A stretch of DNA of 64,000 nt from Bacteroidales bacterium (GTDB lineage: Bacteria > Bacteroidota > Bacteroidia > Bacteroidales > JAAYJT01): positions 28,955 to 92,954 of the forward strand of contig JAXMKY010000161.1 of assembly GCA_034370405.1 (NCBI GenBank). The letters run 5' to 3'. Of the stretch, positions 30,046 through 40,235 are shown in pieces. The notes beneath the pieces are model-generated. The model saw only the letters and a program-made list of their open reading frames with translations, did no database searches and was not told the DNA's origin. The first letter of the stretch is position 1. Each line of letters opens with the position of its first letter. A program made the translations under genes and the position numbers.

Positions 30046-30203
30046 AGAGGTTTGGTTTTGATGGAATATTAAATTCAAAGCTAACTACCTGTCACCATAT
30101 TATTTCATTACTGAACGATGGAACGGAATGCAAAGTTATCAATAAGAAGCTATTACTCATTCGGGTTTAACATTTCTTCAACAACCTATTAAGTCTGAAT
30201 AAC

Positions 30204-30244
30204 TTCAGACCTAACAGGTTTTGAAAACCTGTTAGGTCTGAAGG
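30204..30244. repeat. REP-like perfect palindrome CTTCAGACCTAACAGGTTTT-G-AAAACCTGTTAGGTCTGAAG
   Basis: 20-nt arms. It lies between convergent genes. Related copies are at 36921-36979 and 58329-58356. Confidence 0.8.
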
Positions 30245-30268
30245 TGAGGTAATAGCGATAAACATGTG

Positions 30269-30775
30269 TTATTTCTTCACATAGAAAAGGTATTGTGATA
30301 TAATAATGATTAGAAGTGTGAGTGCTATGCTTAGCAAAGCACGCAGAAAGGTGAATCCGAACTCGGAAAAGCGAAAAACTTCGAGAGAGAAAAGCGCCAG
30401 GTGATGAATAGAAACAAGTACCAGGGAGTATCCTAAAAAGTATTGAAACCCCATGTATTTTAGGCTTGGAGAGGCATTAGGTTCAAAATCCTCCTTCGAG
30501 TAATACAATTTAACCAGGTTCGGCCTGAAAAGAGCCATCAGCACCGTGGCAGCGGCATGGATACCACCTGTGTTTGAGAAAACATCTACAGTAAATCCCA
30601 GGAAAAAGGACAACATCAGCAATGCCCAGCCTGAAATAGAGAATGGCAATAGCAAAACAAAAAGCACATAGAGGTAGGGATTCATATATCCCCCCAAGCG
30701 CACATGGTTCAAAACCAAGACCTGGAGAAGCACCAGCACCACAAAACGGATGACTAAGCGTATTGTGCTGTTCAT
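30269..30775 (-). CDS. mreD: rod shape-determining protein MreD
   Basis: 168-aa polytopic membrane protein, overlapping the mreC stop. Confidence 0.75.
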   Translation of the reverse strand: MNSTIRLVIRFVVLVLLQVLVLNHVRLGGYMNPYLYVLFVLLLPFSISGWALLMLSFFLGFTVDVFSNTGGIHAAATVLMALFRPNLVKLYYSKEDFEPNASPSLKYMGFQYFLGYSLVLVSIHHLALFSLEVFRFSEFGFTFLRALLSIALTLLIIIISQYLFYVKK

Positions 30776-31593
30776 AGGTGTTTCATTACCGAAATTTGTT
30801 CCTTGCGCATGAGGTTTTTTACCACATAAACATACCTGAGGTTATTGTAGTCAACCGAAAAGTGCACTTTGATGGTATAGAAATGATCTCCTTTGCCAAT
30901 ATTGAAATCTTCGATGGTTCCGATCATAATTCCTTCGGGAAACAACAAAGAGTAGCCACTGGTTACAATTGTATCGCCTTGTGCCAGCCCAACATGTGCC
31001 GGAAGGTCGCTGAGGGTACCAGTCCGATAGTTTCCGCCATCCCAGGTCAACGACCCCTGATAATTGTCTTTCAGGAGTTTGCCGTTTATTTTGGTGTTAT
31101 CGTTCAATACCGACATCACCCAACTGAAATTATTTGAGGCATTGATCACAATACCTACAATACCATTCGAGGATATCACAGCCATATCCTTATCCACGCC
31201 ATGACGCTTCCCTTTGTTTAGCATCAGGTAGTTGTTGCGAAGGGTAACCGTGTTGCTGATTACTTTTGCATCAATATATTGATATTGAGAGGGATATGGC
31301 AATGAGTCTTTTCCAAATGGTTTTTCATCATGCCTGTATGTTGGATGCTGAAGGGCCTGGTGCAGGAGTGCATTTTCGCGGGCCAGGATCTGGTTGGTAT
31401 TCCTGAGGTTGAAATACTCCTGCAGGTTAGCATAAACCGAATATACCGATCCTGTAATTTTTTGGGTTGAATTAACAAAAACCCATCGCTGATAAACTGT
31501 GCTGTTGATAATCAAAGCAAATGCAATTACCTCAAGAAGGGCAAAGAGGAAATAAAAGTGATTTCTCCAGATAAACGTAAACAGGTTCCGCAT
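30772..31593 (-). CDS. mreC: rod shape-determining protein MreC
   Basis: 273 aa with an N-terminal TM segment, located between mreB and mreD. Confidence 0.8.
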   Translation of the reverse strand: MRNLFTFIWRNHFYFLFALLEVIAFALIINSTVYQRWVFVNSTQKITGSVYSVYANLQEYFNLRNTNQILARENALLHQALQHPTYRHDEKPFGKDSLPYPSQYQYIDAKVISNTVTLRNNYLMLNKGKRHGVDKDMAVISSNGIVGIVINASNNFSWVMSVLNDNTKINGKLLKDNYQGSLTWDGGNYRTGTLSDLPAHVGLAQGDTIVTSGYSLLFPEGIMIGTIEDFNIGKGDHFYTIKVHFSVDYNNLRYVYVVKNLMRKEQISVMKHL

Positions 31594-31637
31594 ACCGGCT
31601 TTGTGAGCTTCTGCTTTGGATTAAGTATAAAAATTTT

Positions 31638-32660
31638 TTATTTGATCAGGAAGTTGAATTTATGGAAATTTTTGAGAGCAATTCCTGTGCCACGCGCCAC
31701 AGCGCGCAAAGGATCTTCGGCCACATGAACCGGTAATTTGGTTTTGAGCGAGATGCGTTTATCCAAACCGCGTAACAATGAACCGCCCCCGACCAAATAG
31801 ATGCCCGTTTTATAAATATCTGCTGCCAGTTCAGGAGGGGTCATTTCAAGTGCATTCAATACCGCTGCTTCAATTTTTGAGATGGATTTATCTAAGCAAT
31901 GGGCTATTTCGGCATAGTTTACGTAAATCTCCTTGGGTATACCGGTCAGCAGGTCTCTTCCATGCACTGCATAATCGGATGGTGGGTTATCAATTTCGGA
32001 TATCGCGGCCCCTACTTCTATTTTGATAAATTCAGAGGTACGTTCACCAATGACAATATTGTGCTGTTTACGCATATATTCCTCGATATCAGCGTTTAAC
32101 TCGTCGCCGGCAATACGGATTGATTTGTTATTGACAATACCGCCCAGGGCAATTACGGCAATTTCGGTGGTACCCCCTCCTATATCAATAACCATGGTTC
32201 CGTTGGGTTCCATCACATCAATGCCAATGCCAATAGCTGCAGCCATGGGTTCGTGAATTAAGCGCACCTCCTTGGCTCCGGCTTGTTCGGCCGAGTCTTT
32301 AACAGCACGCTCTTCTACCTCGGTGATACCCGATGGTATGCAAATTACCATTTTAAGGGCAGGAGGAAACAGTGACTTTTTGTGGTTGATCATTTTTATC
32401 ATTTCCCTAAGCATATGCTCGGCTGCCTGAAAATCGGCAATCACCCCATCACGCAAGGGGCGGATAGTCTTAATATTGTCATGGGTTTTGCCATGCATCA
32501 TCTGTGCACGCTTTCCAACGGCGATGATTTTTCCTGAACTACGTTCGATGGCTACGATGGATGGTTCATCAACCACCACTTTATCATTAAAGATTATTAC
32601 AGTATTGGCTGTGCCAAGATCAATGGCTATTTCGCGTGTCAAGAAAGAAAAAAGTCCCAT
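31638..32660 (-). CDS. mreB: rod shape-determining protein MreB
   Basis: Actin-like ATPase motifs DLGTANT and DIGGGTTE. Confidence 0.95.
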   Translation of the reverse strand: MGLFSFLTREIAIDLGTANTVIIFNDKVVVDEPSIVAIERSSGKIIAVGKRAQMMHGKTHDNIKTIRPLRDGVIADFQAAEHMLREMIKMINHKKSLFPPALKMVICIPSGITEVEERAVKDSAEQAGAKEVRLIHEPMAAAIGIGIDVMEPNGTMVIDIGGGTTEIAVIALGGIVNNKSIRIAGDELNADIEEYMRKQHNIVIGERTSEFIKIEVGAAISEIDNPPSDYAVHGRDLLTGIPKEIYVNYAEIAHCLDKSISKIEAAVLNALEMTPPELAADIYKTGIYLVGGGSLLRGLDKRISLKTKLPVHVAEDPLRAVARGTGIALKNFHKFNFLIK

Positions 32661-32705
32661 ATTCGATTTCTATATTATATCTGTTATTGTTTGTTTTGCA
32701 GTTTA

Positions 32706-34223
32706 TTAGTGCCTAAAATGGCGGTGTCCTGTAAATACCATGACTAAGTTGTGTTCATTACAAAAGTCAATGCTCTCCTGATCCCTTACCGATCCTCCCG
32801 GTTGAATTACTGCTGTAATGCCGGACTTATAGGCCAGCTCAATGGAGTCGGTAAAAGGGAAAAAAGCATCCGACGCCATCACAGCACCGTGCAGGTTGAA
32901 TGCAAAAGATTTAGCCTTCCCGATGGCATGGATGGTGGCATCCACACGCGATGTTTGCCCTGTGCCACTGCCGAATAATTGCTTGTTTTTGGCAAGCACA
33001 ATGGCATTCGATTTTGTGTGTTTTACCACCTTATTGGCCCATAATAAATCAGCCACCTCTTCGTCAGAGGGGCTCTTGTGAGTAACCAACTTCAAATCCC
33101 CAATGGATTCTGATCTCATATCTTTCTCTTGCCACAAAACTCCATTCAACGCCGATTTAAACTGTACCGACTTGAAATTAAAAGATTTCTGCCGCAAAAT
33201 TATTCTATTTTTTTTGAATTTCAGCAAGTTAAGTCCCTCTTCTGCATATCCGGGGGCTAAAATTACCTCAAAAAAGAGCGAATTGATTTCCTGAGCTGTT
33301 TCGGTATCTACGATTTGGTTGGTGATCAGCACGCCACCAAAAGCTGAAATTGGGTCGCAAGCCAGGGCATCTTTCCAGGCAGCAATCAGTTTATCGCGCG
33401 TGGCCAACCCGCAGGCATTCGTGTGCTTGATGATGGCAAAAGTTGGTTCATCAAACTCTTGTACCAAGGCAATGGCTGCATCCAGGTCGGCCAGATTGTT
33501 GTATGAAATTTCCTTGCCATGCAGTTGCTCAAATACCTCTTTCAGATTACCAAAGAAAACTCCTTGTTGGTGAGGATTTTCGCCATAACGCATGGGCTGA
33601 AGACCCGAAAAGCTCTCTTTGAAGACAGGGATATAGCTATCCTTGTTGAAATAATTAAAAATAGCAGTATCGTAATGAGAACTAATATTATAGGCTTCTG
33701 CTGCAAGATTTTTACGATCTTCAAGGTTAGAAACCCCATTTTTATTATCGAGCAGATCAAGCAGTTGAGTATATAAATGGCGGCCGGCAATAACAACTAC
33801 ATCATTGAAGTTCTTGGCAGCGGCCCTGATGAGAGAAATACCTCCGATATCAATCTTTTCGATGATTTGCTGCTCATCGTTTGTATTTTCAACAGTTTCT
33901 CCGAAAGGATATAGGTCAACAATTACAAGATCGAATTCAAGAATATTGTGTTCGATAAGTTGTTGTTTGTCAGAATCTTGATCGCGACGTGCCAGGATGC
34001 CACCAAAAATGCTTGGATGAAGGGTTTTAACACGGCCTCCTAATATTGACGGGTAATCGGTCAGCGATTCAATAGTGAAGGCCCTTATGCCCAGTTGCCT
34101 GATAAAATTAAAAGTACCCCCGGTAGAATAAATCTCAACACCTAACTCGTTAAGCTTTCTCAAAATAGGTTCAAGCCCATCTTTATAATAAACCGAAATC
34201 AAAGCTCGTTTTATTTTTTTCAT
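32706..34223 (-). CDS. purH: bifunctional AICAR transformylase / IMP cyclohydrolase
   Basis: Start at MKKIKRALISVYYKDG, with full-length PurH similarity. Confidence 0.92.
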   Translation of the reverse strand: MKKIKRALISVYYKDGLEPILRKLNELGVEIYSTGGTFNFIRQLGIRAFTIESLTDYPSILGGRVKTLHPSIFGGILARRDQDSDKQQLIEHNILEFDLVIVDLYPFGETVENTNDEQQIIEKIDIGGISLIRAAAKNFNDVVVIAGRHLYTQLLDLLDNKNGVSNLEDRKNLAAEAYNISSHYDTAIFNYFNKDSYIPVFKESFSGLQPMRYGENPHQQGVFFGNLKEVFEQLHGKEISYNNLADLDAAIALVQEFDEPTFAIIKHTNACGLATRDKLIAAWKDALACDPISAFGGVLITNQIVDTETAQEINSLFFEVILAPGYAEEGLNLLKFKKNRIILRQKSFNFKSVQFKSALNGVLWQEKDMRSESIGDLKLVTHKSPSDEEVADLLWANKVVKHTKSNAIVLAKNKQLFGSGTGQTSRVDATIHAIGKAKSFAFNLHGAVMASDAFFPFTDSIELAYKSGITAVIQPGGSVRDQESIDFCNEHNLVMVFTGHRHFRH

Positions 34224-34453
34224 CTGTTGAAAACTATTGAGGTTTATACCCGGAACACAGAAATCTCCTGATTTTAACATGGCAGAATGTTGCTTTTCAG
34301 GCAATTAATACATTGAGTATGGGTTTGCAAGTATATTAAAAATAGCCGAGGCAACACAGTGATCAGCTTACTTTTTTAAATTAATTTTACCCCATTGTTT
34401 TTTTAATGGACAAACAGTTAAATCACTTTTAGCAGCAATTAAACCTTGAGACG

Positions 34454-35704
34454 ATGCTTTTTGTAAAACTTATTGGCGAAAGCTTGCTATTCTCTATCCA
34501 GGCAGTTGCGGCAAACAAAACCCGCACAGTGCTTTCATTGTTGGGCATCACCATTGGAATCTTCTGTATTATCTCGGTATTTACGGTATTCGATAGCATC
34601 GAACGCACCATCCGTGGCAGCATCGAATCGTTGGGGAGTAACGTGCTTTATGTCCAGAAATGGCGTTGGGCCATGGGTGAGAGCGATTATCCCTGGTGGA
34701 AATACATGAAGCGCCCCGAGCCTAAATTATCGGAGTTGGATGAAATTTCACACCGCAGCCAGGCTGCCGAAGCAAGTGCTTTTTTTGTTGGCACCTCCCG
34801 AAATGTTGGACATAGAGGTAATGTAGTTGAAAAAGCCTCGATTGTAGGTGTTTCGCATGATTATTTCAAAGTGATGTATTTCGAGCTTGATCAGGGCCGG
34901 TACTTTACTCCTATCGAATCGGCGGCGGGCCGCAATGTAGCCATCATCGGAAACACTATTGCAAAGAACTTGTATCCAAACACTATTCCACTTGGAAAAA
35001 CCATCTCCATCTGGGGCCGGAAATTAGAAGTTATTGGCCTACTGAAGCGCGAAGGACAGAGCACTTTTGGCAATTCAGCTGATAACCAGGTGCTGGTTCC
35101 TATTAATTTCGCCAGGACCTTTATTGACCTTAATAGCGGGAATGTCGGCACAACCATTGCCATAAAAGGCAAGCCTTTTGTGACAAACGAAGAGCTTTCG
35201 GATGAACTCCGGGGAATCATGCGCTCGATCAGAAGGCTGAAACCCGCTGCTGAAGATGATTTTGCCATTAATGAAACCAGTGTCATCACAAAGGGTTTCG
35301 ACAGTCTTTTTAAGGTAATATCCATTGTTGGATGGATCATTGGTGGATTTTCGTTATTAGTTGGTGGTTTTGGCATCGCTAACATCATGTTTGTATCAGT
35401 CAAAGAAAGAACCGGTATTATCGGTATCCAGAAATCAGTAGGTGCAAAAAACTATTTTATACTGTTCCAATTCCTGTTCGAGGCCATCTTTCTTTCTGTC
35501 ATCGGTGGCATTATTGGATTAGTCATTATTTTTATCGGAACCTTGGTGGCTAGTTATGTTTTTGAAATGACGCTGGTGCTTACGGCTGGGAACATTATCC
35601 TAGGTGTAACGGTTTCTGCCATAATTGGCCTCGTATCGGGATTTGTACCAGCTTGGTCGGCAGCTCGCCTCGACCCTGTAGAGGCTATGCGGTCAACCTT
35701 TTGA
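34454..35704 (+). CDS. ABC transporter permease (FtsX/MacB-like)
   Basis: N-terminal TM segment, a large periplasmic domain and a C-terminal FtsX 3-TM bundle. Confidence 0.8.
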   Translation: MLFVKLIGESLLFSIQAVAANKTRTVLSLLGITIGIFCIISVFTVFDSIERTIRGSIESLGSNVLYVQKWRWAMGESDYPWWKYMKRPEPKLSELDEISHRSQAAEASAFFVGTSRNVGHRGNVVEKASIVGVSHDYFKVMYFELDQGRYFTPIESAAGRNVAIIGNTIAKNLYPNTIPLGKTISIWGRKLEVIGLLKREGQSTFGNSADNQVLVPINFARTFIDLNSGNVGTTIAIKGKPFVTNEELSDELRGIMRSIRRLKPAAEDDFAINETSVITKGFDSLFKVISIVGWIIGGFSLLVGGFGIANIMFVSVKERTGIIGIQKSVGAKNYFILFQFLFEAIFLSVIGGIIGLVIIFIGTLVASYVFEMTLVLTAGNIILGVTVSAIIGLVSGFVPAWSAARLDPVEAMRSTF

Positions 35705-35785
35705 TATTCAATTTTATACAAAACGAGATATCTCATTTAAAGCCTAAACATCTTTTAACTTTCCTCGCTTTCAAAAGCATATGCT

Positions 35786-36928
35786 ATGGAGAATTTTATC
35801 ATGCATAACCCCACCACCCTGCATTTTGGCAGGAGTGTTGTCGAAAAACTCGCACCCATTGCCAGCAGCTACGGTCGCCGTGTGTTGTTGGTCTATGGCA
35901 AAGGCTCCGCGAAAAGGAGTGGTGCTTATGTTGATGTGCTCAGGCAATTAAAAAACATTAATGCTGAGGTTTTTGAATTTTCGGGCATACAAAGCAACCC
36001 ACTCATCGAAGATGTGGATGCCGCTGCACAACTTGGCCGCGAAAAACAGGTGGATATGATTATTGCCATTGGCGGAGGCAGTGTGATTGATTCAGCCAAA
36101 GCCATATCCATCACAATGCCGGTAATCCATTCGGGGTGGGTTTTTTATGCAGGGAAAGCAAAACCATCAAAAGCCATTCCACTTATCGCTGTGCTCACAC
36201 TGGCAGCCACTGGCAGCGAAATGAATCAGTTTTCGGTAGTTCAGAACCATGCTGCTGGTATGAAAAACGGCTTCGGACACCCTTTGATGTATCCTGTCCA
36301 TTCATTCCTCGATCCCTCTTATACGCTCAGCGTTCCCAGAGATTACACCGCTTTTGGCATTGCCGACCTGATGGCGCATTGCCTCGAAAATTATTTTGGA
36401 CTAGGACATGCTCCACTTACCGACCACTTTATTTTTTCTATCCTTACTGAAGCCCTGGAAGCCGGCCCGCAATTACTCAACGACCTGGACAATTACGATC
36501 TCCGTGCCCGCATTATGTATGCTGCCACCATGGCACTAAACGGTTTGACTACATTTGGTAAAGGCATGGGCGACTGGGGGGTGCATAGCATCGGGCATCA
36601 CCTGTCGCTACTTTATGGATTGCCCCACGGTGCCACACTCACGGTTATGTATCCTGCCTGGATGAAATTATATCAGAGCGCCCTTGAACCTCAGCTGCTA
36701 AAATTAGGGAAGCACTTGTTTGGCCTTGAGGATGCGGGAGAAACCATCCAGCGGCTTGAATCGTTTTTCATTTCAATTGGCTGCCCTGTGCGCATAACCA
36801 ACAGCCTACCCGAAGGCATAGACCCCAAACCACTCATTGATCTAATGATACGTAATAGGGCGGGTGGCAATCATTATAAATTCTCGCCACTACAGCTGGA
36901 AAAGCTGATTGATCTAGCCCAGATCTAA
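35786..36928 (+). CDS. iron-containing alcohol dehydrogenase
   Basis: GGGSVIDSAKAI and the His-rich metal site of Fe-ADH. Confidence 0.85.
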   Translation: MENFIMHNPTTLHFGRSVVEKLAPIASSYGRRVLLVYGKGSAKRSGAYVDVLRQLKNINAEVFEFSGIQSNPLIEDVDAAAQLGREKQVDMIIAIGGGSVIDSAKAISITMPVIHSGWVFYAGKAKPSKAIPLIAVLTLAATGSEMNQFSVVQNHAAGMKNGFGHPLMYPVHSFLDPSYTLSVPRDYTAFGIADLMAHCLENYFGLGHAPLTDHFIFSILTEALEAGPQLLNDLDNYDLRARIMYAATMALNGLTTFGKGMGDWGVHSIGHHLSLLYGLPHGATLTVMYPAWMKLYQSALEPQLLKLGKHLFGLEDAGETIQRLESFFISIGCPVRITNSLPEGIDPKPLIDLMIRNRAGGNHYKFSPLQLEKLIDLAQI

Positions 36929-36979
36929 CAGGTTTCAAAAACCTGTTAGGTCTTGTGGTTTTTGAAACCTGTTAGGTCT
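36921..36979. terminator. REP-like palindrome plus an extra half-copy, acting as a bidirectional terminator
   Basis: agatctaacaggtttcaaaaacctgttaggtct is followed by ggtttttgaaacctgttaggtct. It sits between convergent genes whose stop codons lie at 36928 and 36985. Confidence 0.7.
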
Positions 36980-36984
36980 TGGGT

Positions 36985-39120
36985 CTAGTCTTCCTCGCCT
37001 TCCTGCTCTTCGTAGGCTTTGAGTAGCGCAGTCTGAACATCAGGTGGCACTTGCGAGTACTCGGCAAACCTGAGGCTATAGGTGGCCCGGCCGCTGGTGA
37101 TTGAACTGAGTGAGGTAGAGTAGCGGTTCATCTCGGCCAAAGGCACTTTTGCCTTGATTTTCTGATAATTGCCTTCGCTATCCATGCCCATGATCACGGC
37201 ACGGCGGCCCTGCAGGTCGGTCATCACATCGCCCATCTTTTCTTCAGGAACAATAACTTCTACGTCGTAAATTGGTTCGAGAATTTTTGGGCCGGCATTT
37301 TTAAATGCTTCCTTGAATGCACTACGTCCGGCGAGCTTGAATGAGATTTCGTTCGAGTCAACCGGATGCATTTTGCCATCATAAACATAAACGGCAATGT
37401 CGCGGGCGTAGGAACCAGTAAGGGGACCCTGCTCCAGTTTTTCCATGATCCCTTTGAGGATGGCTGGCATGAAGCGTGCGTCAATCGCACCGCCTACAAT
37501 ACAATTGTTGAAGCACAATTTTCCGCCCCATGGCAACACATGCTCTTCGGTGCCGCGAACCGGAAAATCGGTTGGTTTGGACATATCCTCAGAATAGGGC
37601 TGGATGAGCATGTGTACTTCGCCAAACTGCCCTGCACCACCTGATTGTTTTTTGTGGCGATACATGGACCGGGATTGTTTGGTGATGGTTTCGCGATAAG
37701 GGATCTTGGGTGCAATGAAATCAATGGCAATTTTATCAATAGTTTCGATATGCCATTTGGCAATATTCAAATGTAGTTCACCTTGACCCTCAACGATCAA
37801 CTGACGCAATTCTTTCGATTGTTGGGCAATGAGCGTAGGATCCATCTTGTTCATTTCATTAAGGATGCCACCTAATTTTTCGTCATCGGTTGAGTTCTTG
37901 GCTTTCGCAGCCATCCTGATCTTCGGTTCGGGGAACACAATGGGAGTAACTACATCGTCGGAGTTTTTTGGCGAGTTCAGAGTTTGATTGGTACGAACAT
38001 TTTTAAGTTTGATGGTGGCGCCAATATCTCCCGCAACAATTTTTTCGATTTTCTCGCGGCTTTTACCAGCCACCACAAAAAGTTGAGTAAATCTTTCTTT
38101 GTTACCTGTGACTCCGTTCACCATGTCTGAGCCTTCAGTTAGTTCGCCGGCATACACTTTAAAGAAGGATACCTCACCCAAATGGGGTTCGATAGATGTC
38201 TTAAATATAAAAGCTGAGATAGGGTCGGCCACGTTACAATTCAGAGCTTTGCCCGATGTGGTGGTGATGGCCGGAACCTCGGTGGGGTTGGGCAATGTGC
38301 TGATGATAAATTCCATCAGTCTTCCGATACCCTTGAACGGCTTAGCAGCGATGCAAAACACCGGGAATAAACCACGATTGATGATACCCAGTTTTAATCC
38401 TTTTTGGATTTCTTCTTCGTTGAGGGTGCCATTTTCGAAAAAGACTTCCATCAGGGCTTCGTCGTTTTCTGCTGCGTTTTCTATCAAGATTGCGTGCAAC
38501 TCGTCGGCCCTGGCTTTTTCTGATGCAGGAATATCGAGAATTTCAGGTTTTCCGACACTATCGGAATATTTATACATCTTCATCTTCAACAGATCAATGA
38601 TGCTATTGAAACTTAAACCTTCATTCACGGGATATTGAACCACCGTAACACTGTTGCCGAATTGCTGCTTCAGTTGGCGAAGAGTTTCATCGAAATTCGA
38701 TTTTTCATGTTCCAGGTGATTGATAGCAAAAATTAACGGGGTTTGGTTCCTGACAGTGTGCCTCCAGTTGATTTCTGTTCCTACCTCAATTCCATTTTGG
38801 GCGTTCACTACCATGATGGCTGAGTCGGCAACACGCAATGCAGCAACAACTTCACCAACAAAGTCATCAAAACCAGGGGTGTCAATGATATTGATCTTGT
38901 GTCCTTGGTATTCGGCATATAGCACTGTTGACGAAACTGAATTTTGACGTTCGAGTTCTATATCACGGTAGTCGGAAACGGTGTTTTTGTCATCAACACT
39001 TCCGCGACGGTTGATTAAGCCACCTTCGAAAAGCATGGATTCTGCCAGGGTGGTTTTGCCCGACTTGGCACTACCGATCAAGGCAATATTTCTCACCTCG
39101 TTAGTTTTGTAAACCTTCAT
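36985..39120 (-). CDS. elongation factor G paralog
   Basis: G1 motif GSAKSGKTT, DTPGF, and EF-G domains II-V. 711 aa. Confidence 0.85.
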   Translation of the reverse strand: MKVYKTNEVRNIALIGSAKSGKTTLAESMLFEGGLINRRGSVDDKNTVSDYRDIELERQNSVSSTVLYAEYQGHKINIIDTPGFDDFVGEVVAALRVADSAIMVVNAQNGIEVGTEINWRHTVRNQTPLIFAINHLEHEKSNFDETLRQLKQQFGNSVTVVQYPVNEGLSFNSIIDLLKMKMYKYSDSVGKPEILDIPASEKARADELHAILIENAAENDEALMEVFFENGTLNEEEIQKGLKLGIINRGLFPVFCIAAKPFKGIGRLMEFIISTLPNPTEVPAITTTSGKALNCNVADPISAFIFKTSIEPHLGEVSFFKVYAGELTEGSDMVNGVTGNKERFTQLFVVAGKSREKIEKIVAGDIGATIKLKNVRTNQTLNSPKNSDDVVTPIVFPEPKIRMAAKAKNSTDDEKLGGILNEMNKMDPTLIAQQSKELRQLIVEGQGELHLNIAKWHIETIDKIAIDFIAPKIPYRETITKQSRSMYRHKKQSGGAGQFGEVHMLIQPYSEDMSKPTDFPVRGTEEHVLPWGGKLCFNNCIVGGAIDARFMPAILKGIMEKLEQGPLTGSYARDIAVYVYDGKMHPVDSNEISFKLAGRSAFKEAFKNAGPKILEPIYDVEVIVPEEKMGDVMTDLQGRRAVIMGMDSEGNYQKIKAKVPLAEMNRYSTSLSSITSGRATYSLRFAEYSQVPPDVQTALLKAYEEQEGEED

Positions 39121-39336
39121 TATCGTTCGGAATTAATTATTTGATTTGTCAGAAAGGGCTGCAAAATTAGAAAAAAGTGCTTAATCTGCAAACCATGACC
39201 GGAATAACTTAACGCAAAACAGTGAAACGTGGGCTGTGTATATTGCTCAGAGTCCTGTAGAAGATGACCCAACCATGTGCCAGGATACAAAGCTGTGAAA
39301 TCAATGAAACAATCTCAAATTGATCACCCTTGCCGC

Positions 39337-40029
39337 CTAACCGTTTTTGCTGATGGTCTCCAGCAAAAAGGGATTCAGGATTTCTATGTTGTTACCTTTA
39401 AGCGAGATGATCTGATCCTCTTTGAATTTCTTCATGGCCCTAATGGCGCTTTCCTTTGTCATTCCTGAGAAATCAGCAAGATCCTGACGCGATAAAGTGA
39501 GCGTGAAAGAATCCTGGAAGTATATGTTTTTTGATAAATAAATCAATACATCCGCCATCCTACCAAAAACCTGTTTTTGTGTGATGCTCGAAATCTTGTC
39601 GATCAGTTCTATGGATTGCAAACTCATCTTGCGAATGAAATCATTGGCAAAATTCGGATTTGTTTTTATCAGGTCGTGCCATATATCAGATTCGATAAGA
39701 CAAGCAGTAGTATCTTCACAAGCAACGGCAGTAAATTGGTGCCGATAATTCACATAAGCGCCCGGCATGAAAATATAATCAACCGGCCGCGCCAAGCCAA
39801 TTATTATATTGTGGCTATTTTCATTTTCAAGATAGAGCTTGACCAAGCCAGAGGTAATGCAAACAAAATAATAGCATGGTGTCCCCTGTTTAAAAATCAC
39901 TTCCCCGGCATTATAATGAACACTAATTCGCTGACAATTAACCGCTTCGAGTTCCTCCGGCCCGAGTGAATTAAAAATATCAGAGCGGTTCTGACACACA
40001 ATACAAGAAGTGCTTATGATTTTTGCCAT
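39337..40029 (-). CDS. Crp/Fnr family transcriptional regulator
   Basis: cNMP-binding-like barrel plus a C-terminal HTH (SRQDLADFSGMTKESAIRAMKKF). Several Cys residues, including an N-terminal CxxC. Confidence 0.85.
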   Translation of the reverse strand: MAKIISTSCIVCQNRSDIFNSLGPEELEAVNCQRISVHYNAGEVIFKQGTPCYYFVCITSGLVKLYLENENSHNIIIGLARPVDYIFMPGAYVNYRHQFTAVACEDTTACLIESDIWHDLIKTNPNFANDFIRKMSLQSIELIDKISSITQKQVFGRMADVLIYLSKNIYFQDSFTLTLSRQDLADFSGMTKESAIRAMKKFKEDQIISLKGNNIEILNPFLLETISKNG

Positions 40030-40109
40030 GAATCTCTGTTACAATTCGTTCTTTTTTTGAATTAATTATCGAGCACAAAAGTAAGGAAAAGAATAGATGC
40101 TTGTTTCTA

Positions 40110-40123
40110 TTGATATGGATCAA
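40110..40123. promoter_or_regulatory. FNR/CRP-type box TTGATatggATCAA
   Basis: Perfect TTGAT-N4-ATCAA palindrome in the divergent intergenic region between the regulator and the cytochrome cluster. Confidence 0.65.
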
Positions 40124-40235
40124 TAAATATTTGACAATTATCATTACAAACGACTTTTTATTTCACCACCCCTTCATTTTATCATATATAGATTATTGTT
40201 TGCTTTGCACACTCTGAAAAAACCTTGAGTAAAGA

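Noticed and set aside
36985-39120. EF-G-like GTPase considered as a Tet(M)/Tet(Q)-type ribosomal protection gene
   Set aside because: The N-terminus and overall length fit the EF-G paralog common in Bacteroidota rather than the Tet(Q)/Tet(M) N-terminal pattern I recall. No mobile-element context is present. This cannot be fully excluded without an alignment.
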